Origin: an uncultured Verrucomicrobiae bacterium
GTDB taxonomy: Bacteria; Chlamydiota; Chlamydiia; Chlamydiales; Rhabdochlamydiaceae
DNA length: 64,000 nt
Assembly (NCBI GenBank): GCA_963806855.1
Contig: CAWDYW010000001.1
Location: 192,001 to 256,000 of the forward strand
Direction: 5' to 3'
How positions within the stretch are numbered: position 1 is the first letter of the stretch; the number at the start of each line of letters is the position of its first letter. Below the pieces are notes generated by a model, which worked only from the letters and a program-made list of their open reading frames with translations, was not told the DNA's origin and ran no database searches. A program made the translations under genes and the position numbers. Shown here in pieces: positions 17,268 to 27,610 of the stretch.

Positions 17268-19123
17268 TGTGCGCTAGCGATGTCGCCATGATAAGGAGCG
17301 ACAATCTGTTCTGCTTCCTTCAAGTATAGGGCTTTTCCGTTTTCAAGGAAATGCTCGTAGCAGATTTTAGAGAGCGATTCGGCCCAGAGTTTTTCTAAGG
17401 AGCGGCCGCCGGCAGCTGCCTCTTTGAGCGAAATGCGCTTGCGGATGTTGACCAATTTGTCGCGGTTTTTCCCTTGGATAAAGAGGGTGAGGTCGCAAAG
17501 CTCATCGACGGTCCCGGTGATCACATAGGGTTGACCGGCGAACATTGGGGGAAGGAAATTGCCATTAGGATGCAATTCAACATGGGCACTCGAGGCTGAT
17601 GGGGAGACTTCGATCGTCGGATTTTTGACGATGGGGTTGTGGAGGTTTTTCACGAGCTGGACCATTTTACGTGGGAAGCCTGCGTTAGTGTCGGAGTAGA
17701 GGAATTTACCGGCCGATGCATAGCTGAGGAGATCGAGGAGGACAAGGTTGTTTCCCTTGCCGGCCGCAGCGGTATAGAAATGGATATTCTGATCACCCTT
17801 TTCCACCAGTTGATTCATCAATTTCTTTTGCCTTTGGGCGCTTTGGAGGCAGTTGCCATCAGTGAGGAAGATGAAGGAGTGGAGTTCGTCAGGTTGGCAA
17901 TTGGCGGGCAAGAGGCTTTCTAAAGTACGGTAGGGCTCTTTGCCGTTTTGCCTCTCTTCGAGAAATTCTTCGGCCATCGCGATGGTCTTGGGGCTGACAG
18001 GGAGATTTTTTTCTGAGAGTTTTGTCACCTGTTTGTCTATGAAATAGACGTTGAAGCTGTCTCCTTCGCAGAGGGCGGCAAGCGAGCGCTGCACTGCCAT
18101 TTTGAACCGGCTCAGCTTATGCTTTTCGATGGAGCTACTTCGGTCGATCAAGAAGTAGAAATTTTGACGCATCCCCTCAGTTTTTTCTTCCAATTCGGGA
18201 TGCAGGGTCAGCGAGAAAATATATTTGTTCGTCGCTGGGTCGGGCATAAAGGTGACATCGATGTCGAGATCTTCTTGCCAGGTGAGGTTACTCGCCACTT
18301 TCTCGAGCCCATAGTAGTCGAGATCAGGCAGGGTGATCTCAGCCATGCTCCGATTGATCCATTGGGTCCGTAAATAATCGACCGCATTGGGGAGGATCAG
18401 CTGGGGTGCGGTGCTCTCTTGCAGGTCTGTAAAGAGGTGCTCGGCAGCTGTTGGTTGATCTTTGGAGGCGATTTTGAGATTTTTTAGCGATTGGACTAGC
18501 TGGGGTGTGAGCTCTTCTATTTGTGTAGTGGGCAGGGCGCCGGGCGAGAACTGCTCATCGGTCATGGTGTAGTCATCTTCGGTAGTTTGGGCGATCGGAG
18601 CAAGTTCAGTGGGGAGGGTGGGAAGAGCCAGGGTTGCGACAGGCTCTGGGAGGCAAGATTCAGGAGGCTGCTCAAGGGAGCTGTCAAGGGCGAAATCGGC
18701 GAGCTCGGCTTCCCTAAGAGGATCGAAGAGAGGGGGCATAGTGGTGGCAAATTCAGAGACGGGAGGCTCAGCTACAAACAGATCCTCTTCGCTGGCGATG
18801 GGGAAGTTGGCGGTTGGGATTGGATCGCTCTTTTGGGGCTCTTCTTGGGCTACATCTTGATGCGGTTTAGAAAAATGGGCAACCGCAATCACCTGATTAA
18901 GCGATTCTTCGAGCGCTTTTTCCATTTTTTCGACGAGCAGCTCAGAGCCATCTTTGGAAAGCATCTTAGGATCGGGAGCCGACTTCATCGAGATCGCCTG
19001 GTCTTGCCGCTTCAAAGTGAAGGGATGGGAGTGGATAACCCACACGGCGCCGCAATGCATCGCGACGGAGGCCGAGAGGCAGAAGATCAGTAAGGGTTTG
19101 CGGATCTCTCCAAACTTCATCAT
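17264..19123 (-). CDS. membrane-anchored VWA-domain protein
   Basis: N-terminal TM, MIDAS-like FLIDRSSS and FLTDG. Confidence 0.8.
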   Translation of the reverse strand: MMKFGEIRKPLLIFCLSASVAMHCGAVWVIHSHPFTLKRQDQAISMKSAPDPKMLSKDGSELLVEKMEKALEESLNQVIAVAHFSKPHQDVAQEEPQKSDPIPTANFPIASEEDLFVAEPPVSEFATTMPPLFDPLREAELADFALDSSLEQPPESCLPEPVATLALPTLPTELAPIAQTTEDDYTMTDEQFSPGALPTTQIEELTPQLVQSLKNLKIASKDQPTAAEHLFTDLQESTAPQLILPNAVDYLRTQWINRSMAEITLPDLDYYGLEKVASNLTWQEDLDIDVTFMPDPATNKYIFSLTLHPELEEKTEGMRQNFYFLIDRSSSIEKHKLSRFKMAVQRSLAALCEGDSFNVYFIDKQVTKLSEKNLPVSPKTIAMAEEFLEERQNGKEPYRTLESLLPANCQPDELHSFIFLTDGNCLQSAQRQKKLMNQLVEKGDQNIHFYTAAAGKGNNLVLLDLLSYASAGKFLYSDTNAGFPRKMVQLVKNLHNPIVKNPTIEVSPSASSAHVELHPNGNFLPPMFAGQPYVITGTVDELCDLTLFIQGKNRDKLVNIRKRISLKEAAAGGRSLEKLWAESLSKICYEHFLENGKALYLKEAEQIVAPYHGDIASAQ

Positions 19124-21805
19124 TCTTTTGTTAATTCCAGCTTAATTCTTTTTATGCGATCTAATAAATAAGGTTGCAAATTGTCTTTGTTTTGCAAAAG
19201 CAGATTGACTGTTTCAAGCGCTTTTTGCTGACATTCTTTGGCTTTCGAGCCTCTATTTTTTGTTCTGAGCACTTGGGCTTCGTATTTCAACATCTGCGCT
19301 TGGGCATATTGCATATAGGCATTGAAGATCGCATTCTTTTCAGGATGCTGCTGCCGTAGGATGGTGTACTCTTGGGTAATCGGGTCTTCCAGATTATTGA
19401 AATCGTCGACCATTCGCTTGTAGAAGAAATGGCTATTTTTGGCTTCTTCTTCGGGCGCAGCCATATTACAACGGATCTCGGCATACTGGAGAGCTGCTTC
19501 GAGGTGGATAGGCTCGGCGAGCAATTTCTTCTGAATTTGGAGGTCTTTTAGATCGTGCAGGATCGCGATGATGTCTGAATTGTCGCTTGTCCGACTGATC
19601 GGGTTGATTTGGCTGTATTTCAATTTGGCCAGATGGAGCTGAGCCGTATTGGTGACAATCGATGTGCTTCTTTCGCCAGGTTTGGCCAGCTCGGTATAAA
19701 GTTTAATTGCTTGCGCTGCTTCCCCATCGGCCTCATAGGCGCGGGCGAGTTCGAGGGTGGTCCGTCGTTTGAGTTTCCATGGAAGGTCAGATTGGCTCTC
19801 CTGGCTACGCTCAAGTTGCTGAAGAAGGGCAATCCGGTCCCTTTTCTCATTATAAAGACCGAGCAGATGGGCAAATTTGAGCACTTCAACTTCTAGCTGA
19901 GGCGAAATGGTCTCGATTAAGTTGATATAGAGCTCTTTGGCTTTGTCGTAATCGCGCCCACTGACAGCCTGGTTGTAGTAGTAGTTCGCCAGCCAGATGT
20001 AGTTTTCGAATTTGATCGACCTATCTTTCCAGGCGCCGGAGGCAAAGAGGTGATCGGCTGAGCGGCCATAGAAATAGTCCTTATCTGTTACCTCTGTCTC
20101 CCCTTTTGCCAGATAGACATTGAAGAGTTCCAAATGGAGCAGCCCACTTTCGGGAAGTTTGGGATTGTGTTTAAGGGCCATCTCCCCATGGTGGATGAAG
20201 AGACCCGCGTCGCCCGACAATTTCTTTTGGCAGATCGCCATCAATAGATGGGCCTCTGCCAAGAGAGAGCGATCGGCTACTGTACTAAGGTAGCTTGAGA
20301 TCATGGGGGCTGCTATTTCAAATTGTCCCAGTTCGCATTGACATTTGAACATCGCAAGCTGATATTCCTCTTTCTCTTTTTGGCTGAGGGCATCGTGCTG
20401 GAGCGCTCCTTCAACAGCCGATACAAAAGTTTGCTTCTCGCCGCCACTTTTTAGCTCTTCGATGCTGCAGTTGAGTAGATGGCGCCAGGCAGCATTGACC
20501 CGCTCGCTAGCAGGATATTGCTCGATGAAATTCGAGAACATCTCGCGGGCTTCATTCCAATGATCAGTTTGCGAAAGGAGGACGGCGCAGTCATATTGAG
20601 CTGCTTCAGCTTCTTCGGGGTAGGTAGCGATCAGAGTCTTAAGATCGGTCACTGCCTGCTCGAGATTGCCGCTATCACGGTTCAATTGAGCATGGATCAT
20701 CAGCACCTTAGCGGCCTCAGCATCCTTGGGGAAAATCGTCTGATAGGAGTAATAGGTGCGCTCTAGTAGACCGACATCCTTTAAATGGCGGGAGCAGTTA
20801 GCCAGAAGCAAGAAGGCTGTTTTAAGCTCTTTTGACTTCTCTTTATTGACTTTGATGAAATTTTCAAGAGAGAGAACCGCCTGATCATATTTGCCCATGG
20901 CGTAGTAGGCGCGCCCTTCATAGAAATTCAGCAGGGGGATCTTCTGATTGGGCATCAGCGAGATCGTCTCGCTATAGAGACGAAGATAATCTTCGTATGC
21001 TTTCCGCTTGGTACATGAGGATCAGCGCATTATAAGCGGCTAATCGGGACCGTTTGCCTCCCATTTCATGCACTTTGAAGAAGGTATTGATCGCTTCAAA
21101 TTTATTATCCTTAATTTGCAAAATCCCAGCTTGGAATAGAAACCGCTCCCGATGTTCTGGATATTTTTCGGCAAGCGATATATAAAGTGCAGCAGCTCGC
21201 TCATCTTCGCGCAATAATCGGTGGATTTCAGCAAGAGGAAAGAGGGCCCGATCGCTCAAACTCGTTTGACTTAAAATTTTGTAATGGGGCTTAGCCAGTT
21301 TTAAATAGAAGACCTTTTTCTCCGCGTCATCACTGGCGAGCGCATAACGGAAATAGGCTTCGCTGACCAAATAGCGCACTTTAAGAGGGTCGACCGCTGC
21401 CGATTTATTTTTTTCTTTAAGAAAATTTTCACCTTTTTCTATAACAGGTAGATAATCGCGCATCTCGAAATGGGCTTGAAGATGGTTAAAAAAGATCTTT
21501 TCTACAATTTCAGAATTTTGAATCGACTGGTAGCTGGCAAGCGCTTGTTGAAAATTGTGCTCTTGAAAGTAAAGATCGCCGAGCATCGAATTGAGGGGAT
21601 CGCGCAGAGAGGTGTTTGGATTTTTAGTTAGAAAATCGATTACCTGTCTCTTTACTGTCGCATAATCGCCGTCTTTCCAATATTCGGTAATTCTGCGGAG
21701 CAATAGAGCTTCTTGCGGACTGGCAGTGTCAGCAAAAGCCACGTTTGACAACAATAGAATCGTACAAATAGCCAGAGTGCGAGAGTCGAAGAAGCGATCA
21801 CCCAT
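19120..21805 (-). CDS. large exported TPR protein (apparent indel ~21002)
   Basis: Signal peptide (…SNVAFA) and TPR-like helices. ORFs 20972-21829 and 19120-20955 join by removing one A near 21002. Confidence 0.8.
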
Positions 21806-21966
21806 TTCTATCCTCCTGAAGAGAAACAACCTTTTTCGTCATTATACAAAGCGCAATTTATAAAGCTAGCATTCAGTAAATTTAATTTTTTACACTTTTG
21901 ACTGCACCCTCAGGATTTACAAGAATTTTGTTAAACGTGTATCATTTTTAATAAACAGGAGTCGCC

Positions 21967-22884
21967 ATGGGTATTCAATTGATGGTCATTGCAGCGTTGT
22001 TCATCGCCATTTCAAATCTGTGTCTTCGACGGAGCATCGATGCCGGTGGAACAAGCAAAGCCTATTTGATGATGCAATTGGTTCTATCCTTTTTTGTGAT
22101 GGTGCTGCTCAATCCTGTTCGCACTGGCGATTATAGCTGGAGCATGCCGATGGCCGTCTTCGGTCTTGCTGGCGGTGTCCTCCTCGCCGGTGTGATGACC
22201 TTTTTAGGCAAAGCTCTTGAAAGTGGACCGCCTGGACTTTCGGTTGCGATCCTCAATTGCTCCTCCGTCATGCCGATTTTGATGCTCGTGATCCTCTTTG
22301 GTTCGCAATATGGATTTTCTTACACCCTATGGAATGCGGTTGGCTCAATCCTCGTCATCCTCGGAATTTGTTGGGCTGGATTGGATGGAGGGCAGGTGGA
22401 GAGCCGCAAAAAATGGCTCATTTTTGTCAGCCTCGCTTTCTTTGCCCACGTTGCGTATCTCGTCTTTTTAAATTGGCGCGCCCTCTTCCTCAATTTCCCC
22501 GGACAAGAAGGGCTCGGATTATCTTTCGGCCCCGAAACTCTCAATAGTCAATGGTTTATGCCAATGGTCTTCCTTTCGGCCGCTCTGATCCAAACCTATA
22601 TCTTCTTCGCCAAGGAAAAGAGAATGCCCAACCGATCTGAAACCATCTACGGTCTTTTTGGAAGCATCGCCAATGGCCTCGGGGCTTTCCTCCTGATCAA
22701 AGGGACCGAAATTGCCTCCCCTCTCGAGCATGCCATGCTCTTCCCAATCTTCTCAGTCACCATCATTCTCGGCTGCAACATCTGGGGACGCCTCCTCTAT
22801 TCCGAGTCGGTCAACTGGAAGGCGAATGCTCTTTGCATTGGCGGCATCCTGATCGGGACCGTCGACTGGAAAGCACTCCTCTAA
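21967..22884 (+). CDS. EamA/DMT family transporter
   Basis: About 10 TM segments in two repeated halves, ending ILIG. Confidence 0.8.
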   Translation: MGIQLMVIAALFIAISNLCLRRSIDAGGTSKAYLMMQLVLSFFVMVLLNPVRTGDYSWSMPMAVFGLAGGVLLAGVMTFLGKALESGPPGLSVAILNCSSVMPILMLVILFGSQYGFSYTLWNAVGSILVILGICWAGLDGGQVESRKKWLIFVSLAFFAHVAYLVFLNWRALFLNFPGQEGLGLSFGPETLNSQWFMPMVFLSAALIQTYIFFAKEKRMPNRSETIYGLFGSIANGLGAFLLIKGTEIASPLEHAMLFPIFSVTIILGCNIWGRLLYSESVNWKANALCIGGILIGTVDWKALL

Positions 22885-23078
22885 AAGTTTGGCATAGCTT
22901 TTTAGGTTACTATAGACATGTCGGGTTACACGGCACTTCGTGTCCGGTGTCCCCCGCGACCCCCTTGAGCCTCACCTCTCTAAAAGTTTGGCATAGCTTT
23001 TTAGGTTACTATAGACATGTCGGGTGACACAGCACTTCGTGTCCGGTGTCCCCCGCGACCCCCTTGAGCCTCACCTCT
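22881..23078. repeat. two extra tandem 99-bp copies of the element's left end
   Basis: CTAAAAGTTTGGCATAGC... starts at 22881, 22980 and 23079. Confidence 0.92.
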
Positions 23079-23899
23079 CTAAAAGTTTGGCATAGCTTTT
23101 TAGGTTACTATAGACATGTCGGGTGACACAGCACTTCGTGTCCGGTGTCCCCCGCGACCCCCTTGAGCCTCACCTCGCTTCGCCAAATCGCGTCCTCGTC
23201 GGGAGAGTGGACGGAGTCCTACCCTCCCACGCCCCACCCTCCAGACTTCACTGAACCCTAACCCTATTTCTCTAAATTCTTATTTGTGCGGGTTCAATAA
23301 AGCCTAGGGGTGTGGTGCTCTCCTGCGGGTGCGATTTTGCTTTGCGATCTGAGTCCATTGGCTGCTCGAGCGCTCATTCCCGCCGGGACTCCGTCCTTTT
23401 TCGGCGGGAGCCCTTTCGCGTCGCCTCGCAGAACCAATTTAAAAAGGAAAAGCCCACTGTTTTCGGTTTGCGGAATGAGGACAAGTCGGCAGATTTTTTT
23501 TGTATGGTTCTGCGAACTGACGCGAAAGGGGCACCCGCCGAAAGAGGACGGAGTCCCGGCGGGGAATGAGCGCGTGAGCAGCCGATGGACTCAGATCGCA
23601 AAGCAAAATCGTACCGCAGGAGAGCCCGCGCCCACTAGGCCGAAAGAAAACCGATACGTCTTAGAGGGAAAAGGTTAAAATGCGGTTTTCTGGAGGCCTA
23701 GTAGGGTGGGGCGTGGGGGGAACATGACTCCGTCAGGCCCCCCGACGAGGACGCGATTTGGCGAAGCGAGGTGAGGACCTAGGGGGTCGCGGGGGACACC
23801 GGACACGAAGTGCTGTGTCACCCGACATGTCTATAGTAACCTAAAAAGCATTATAATTTATCGGTAAAAAGCATTATAATTAATGGGTAATAGGATGCG
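23079..23899. repeat. nested-palindrome (cruciform) element, copy 2 (inner module inverted)
   Basis: Same outer arms and left hairpin as copy 1; inner IR 23317-23436/23505-23625; core 23437-23504 is the near reverse complement of 11768-11835. Confidence 0.92.
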
Positions 23900-23911
23900 G
23901 GCACAGGTACG

Positions 23912-24925
23912 TTAATAGAGGGCTTCGACGCAGTAGGCATCGTAATAGGCGATTAGCTCTTGCCCCTTTTCCCCATTAATATTGCGGAGCTGATCGTAGA
24001 TCTTCAGCGCGCTGGCATTTTCCCCTTTGCGGAAATAGAGTTTTCCGAGGCGAAATAAGATCTCTCCATTTTGGGGATCGATCTTGAGGATTTGTTCATA
24101 TTCCTTCTGCTCGGCGTCGGGGCGATCGAGCTCTTTATAAAGAGCGGCCCGCTGCGCATGGACCCAAGGGTCATCGGGGGCATAGGCGCCGATGATGTGA
24201 TATTCTTCTAATGCCCGCTCGAGGGCCACTTCAAATTTCTTGTGCATCTCTTCCGATTCATATTCGGGAGGAGTCCACAAAAGTTGCTGATTCTGGGCTA
24301 GTTTCTTCGGGTCTTGATAGAGAGCGGCAAGGGAGATGTAATTGTTGGCCAGCGAGCAGTGGGCCTCCAAATCGGAAGGCTCTTTTTTGATGAGCCGTAT
24401 ATGCTCTTGAATCGAAGTGAGCAAGAGCATCTCTTTGAATTTGAGCAGATCTTTCCAGCGGGTCCAGATGAGAAATTTGTCGACTAAATAGGTGAGCGTC
24501 TCCGAGGCGAGAATAAGCCGATTCTCCACGCTCGGAATGCGCAGCTGGCTCATTAAATGGACGATCGATTCGGTGATGCAGCAGTGGTATTCTAAGGTCC
24601 CTGGATCATAGGGGATCGAGGTTTGCGCGGCTTCGATGAATTCATCGCGCAGCTGCATGAGCCGCTCGGGGCGTCTACCCTGAAGATAGAAGAGGAGGAC
24701 CAAATAGGTAAAAACGGTGAGAAAAATTCCAGCCAGCCAAAGGGCCATCGCAATCGATTGGAGAAAGCGGGAGAAGAGGAGCCCAAAAACAATGAGGCCA
24801 ATCGAGAGAGCGAAAATAAAAAAAGTGTGAAAGAGGACATGACTCCGATTAATCGCCGCAAAGCTTTTCGCAAAGGGGGCAACATTGATCGAGATGGACT
24901 GTTGTTTTTGAATCGTAGCTGTCAT
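23912..24925 (-). CDS. membrane-anchored TPR protein
   Basis: Two N-terminal TM helices, C-terminal TPRs (DPWVHAQ, ILFRLGKLY). Confidence 0.8.
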   Translation of the reverse strand: MTATIQKQQSISINVAPFAKSFAAINRSHVLFHTFFIFALSIGLIVFGLLFSRFLQSIAMALWLAGIFLTVFTYLVLLFYLQGRRPERLMQLRDEFIEAAQTSIPYDPGTLEYHCCITESIVHLMSQLRIPSVENRLILASETLTYLVDKFLIWTRWKDLLKFKEMLLLTSIQEHIRLIKKEPSDLEAHCSLANNYISLAALYQDPKKLAQNQQLLWTPPEYESEEMHKKFEVALERALEEYHIIGAYAPDDPWVHAQRAALYKELDRPDAEQKEYEQILKIDPQNGEILFRLGKLYFRKGENASALKIYDQLRNINGEKGQELIAYYDAYCVEALY

Positions 24926-24944
24926 GGAGACAATGTATCAAATC

Positions 24945-25352
24945 TCAATAGTGAGTATCAACGGTTTTCTGCATCACCGAGATCACTTTTTTCGAAACGC
25001 CGGCTTGGGTGAGCTCTTGAACATCTTGAGGAGTTAAAAAAAATAGGCTTTCGCTCTTTTCTATAATCTCGATGATTACTCCATCTGCAACGCCTGCACG
25101 GGTTAAATGGATGATATCCTGGGCCTGAAGACGTTGATTTTTGTAAATCTTCTCTAGAGTCTTAGGGTAGTGCCGATCGAGACGATACACATCTTCCTTC
25201 GTCAGCGGCGTTTTAATTTGGGCGATGAGGATCTTCAACTCATCATCCGCTGAGGCGACCAGGGAATTGTGGGCGATGGGTTCTTCTGGCGCGCGCGCCT
25301 GGCAGCTAAATAGAATGAGCAGAAGGACACAGGTCTTGTAAATTTTATGCAT
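24945..25352 (-). CDS. hypothetical lipoprotein
   Basis: LFSC lipobox-like signal; repeated L..AGV...VI motif. Confidence 0.7.
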   Translation of the reverse strand: MHKIYKTCVLLLILFSCQARAPEEPIAHNSLVASADDELKILIAQIKTPLTKEDVYRLDRHYPKTLEKIYKNQRLQAQDIIHLTRAGVADGVIIEIIEKSESLFFLTPQDVQELTQAGVSKKVISVMQKTVDTHY

Positions 25353-26580
25353 ACTGTTTCCGTTTTAGGCTTAGGGCGGCGATTAAACTAAAGGAGCCGG
25401 TGAGGACATAGAGGGCGTGGATATCGACGTGGGCGATGATCTCACCGATAATCGGTCCAATGATAAAGGCCATTGCGACGATTGATTGGCTCACGCCGAA
25501 GAGAGTTCCTTGAATTGATTGGGGAGATTGGAGGGAAAGTGTCGCAAGACCGGAGGTCCAGCAAATGGCGGCGCAGAGAGCGGCGCTTGAAAAATAGATG
25601 AGGAAAAAAGAAAACGAATGGAAGGGAAGAATCGTTAATAGAAGGAAAAAAGTTAAAAGAAGCAAACCAAAAAATAGGGTCTTAACGGGAGAAAAGAGTT
25701 TGGCACAAATGGGGATGATCACGAAGTTGGCAAATGCCCACAACAGGCCGGCAAAGACGAAGACGTAGGGAATTTGGTTAGCTGTGATCTGATAGGTATC
25801 TGTTAAATAAGTGGAGAGGAACTGTAAAGAGATGCTCCAGCTTAGAGTAAAGAAAAAATAGACGAAGAAGATGTTCCCTATACCCTTCGTCTTTAAAGCA
25901 GAAAAGATGCTTTTAAACCCCCTTAAAAAGTTGAACTTTTCCCCCGACGAGACGAGATGGCTTTCTTTGAAAAAGAAATAAATTAGAATGAAATTAATGC
26001 AAGATAAAAAGGCTGCAATAAATAAGGGTGTTTCAGGGTGATAAGCGCCGTTGAAATCAACATTAGCTAAGATCGTTCCAGCCAAAATAGCGAATACAAG
26101 ACCCAAACTACCGATTGTACCCACCACACCAAAGTTGCGGACCCGATCCTCTTTCGAAGCGGTGATATCGGAGATCGCGGCTAAACAGAGGGTGAGATTT
26201 CCAGCAAAAAAGCCCGAAATAATTCTCCCAGCCCACAGTAGGGGAAATTCTTGAATATGAATGGCCCATCCAGAGAGCAAATAGCCAGTGATTCCTCCAG
26301 AGATGGTCATCATGAAGACTTTTTTCCTTCCGATCGCATCAGATAATTCTCCCAGAATCGGGGCGCCCAGGATGCGAGCAAGAGGAAAAGCAGCGGTTAA
26401 TCCGATCAATATAGCCGTTTTGTGGATAAAGGCGAGCTCTGAACTGAGCAGCTGAAACTGGGGCTTCAAAAGCAACGAGGTGAAAATGGGAAAGATAACC
26501 GCTTGACCAAAATTATCGATGAAATAGGTCAAAAGAATCGGAAAGAATGAAAAGCTCCAGATTGATCTATGAAGGTTCAT
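25345..26580 (-). CDS. MFS transporter (DHA1/TetA-like)
   Basis: Motif A GELSDAIGRK, GRIISG, 12 TM. Confidence 0.9.
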   Translation of the reverse strand: MNLHRSIWSFSFFPILLTYFIDNFGQAVIFPIFTSLLLKPQFQLLSSELAFIHKTAILIGLTAAFPLARILGAPILGELSDAIGRKKVFMMTISGGITGYLLSGWAIHIQEFPLLWAGRIISGFFAGNLTLCLAAISDITASKEDRVRNFGVVGTIGSLGLVFAILAGTILANVDFNGAYHPETPLFIAAFLSCINFILIYFFFKESHLVSSGEKFNFLRGFKSIFSALKTKGIGNIFFVYFFFTLSWSISLQFLSTYLTDTYQITANQIPYVFVFAGLLWAFANFVIIPICAKLFSPVKTLFFGLLLLTFFLLLTILPFHSFSFFLIYFSSAALCAAICWTSGLATLSLQSPQSIQGTLFGVSQSIVAMAFIIGPIIGEIIAHVDIHALYVLTGSFSLIAALSLKRKQYA

Positions 26581-27290
26581 TCTTCCTTAGCCAATGATCC
26601 CTCTTCTTCTTTAAAGCGATAGCCAACACCACGTACTGTTTCGATCCAGTGGAAATTGGGGCCCAGTTTTTTTCTTAAGGCAGCGATATGGACATCGATA
26701 TTCCGGTCGACGATAAAGGCATCGTCATTATGGATATCATCGAGAAGCTGGTTGCGAGTGAGCACCTTGCCCCTGTTATTGAGCAGCCGCTTCAAGATCC
26801 CAAATTCTGACAAGGTAATAGGCTGGACAAATTCCCCTTTTTTAAGCAGATACCGATCGATATCGAGGGTAAATTCTCCGAAGGCGACGATATTGGGATG
26901 TGTTTCCATCTCCCGATGTCTACGCATGACCGCTTTAATTCTCGAAAAGAGAATCTTCGGCGAAAAGGGCTTTGCCACATAGTCGTCTGCGCCAAGCTCC
27001 AATCCAAGCACCACATCGATCTCATCTGATCGAGCAGTGAGCATGATCACCGGAATGTCGCGCAAATCGGGATTGGCTTTGATCTTGCGGCAGACATCCA
27101 AGCCATTTTGCCCTGGGAGCATCAGATCGAGAATGACCAGATCGGGCTTTTCTCGCTCTACAGCTCGATAGCCATTGATCCCGTCGACCTCAACATGTAA
27201 TTTATACCCTGTCACCTCAGCCTGAAGCTTGATAAGAGAAGCAATATCCTCTTCATCTTCAATCAAAAGAATTCTCTTCTTGTGCGTCAT
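26577..27290 (-). CDS. OmpR/PhoB family response regulator
   Basis: IEDE, PDLVILDLMLP, GADDYVAKPF, IETVRGVGYRF. Confidence 0.93.
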   Translation of the reverse strand: MTHKKRILLIEDEEDIASLIKLQAEVTGYKLHVEVDGINGYRAVEREKPDLVILDLMLPGQNGLDVCRKIKANPDLRDIPVIMLTARSDEIDVVLGLELGADDYVAKPFSPKILFSRIKAVMRRHREMETHPNIVAFGEFTLDIDRYLLKKGEFVQPITLSEFGILKRLLNNRGKVLTRNQLLDDIHNDDAFIVDRNIDVHIAALRKKLGPNFHWIETVRGVGYRFKEEEGSLAKEE

Positions 27291-27310
27291 ACGATCACCC
27301 TTACTTCTTA

Positions 27311-27475
27311 ATACCGAAATTGATTCAAAAATCGGTTTTTTGGCGGGATTGAAAGCTCCCGCGGTTGAGCTATCGACAAGGGGGTTGTATTGAGTTAATA
27401 CTACCCCCTTGTCGATAGCTCAACCGCTGGGCTTTGAACCCGCCCAAAAACCGATTTTTGAATCAATTTCGGTAT
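27311..27475. repeat. ~165-bp imperfect palindrome
   Basis: ATACCGAAATTGATTCAAAAATCGG...CCGATTTTTGAATCAATTTCGGTAT; centre GGGTTGTAT-N7-ATACTACCC. Confidence 0.92.
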
Positions 27476-27610
27476 AATCACAGTAAAGCAAGAGTTTGAA
27501 AAAAAAGCACTGGAAAATTTTTACTTAAGGAGGGCACTCATTTTGAGGGGGCATATGCGGGAGGCTAAGATTACCTCCCGAATTTGAGTCGAAAATCGCC
27601 TAAACCTGCG

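Noticed and set aside
22881..23177. CRISPR array
   Set aside because: The units are 99-bp head-to-tail duplicates with no unique spacers, and there are no cas genes
26577..27290. Atypical chlamydial regulator ChxR
   Set aside because: The phospho-acceptor Asp and other canonical receiver residues are present, so it is an ordinary OmpR/PhoB-type regulator
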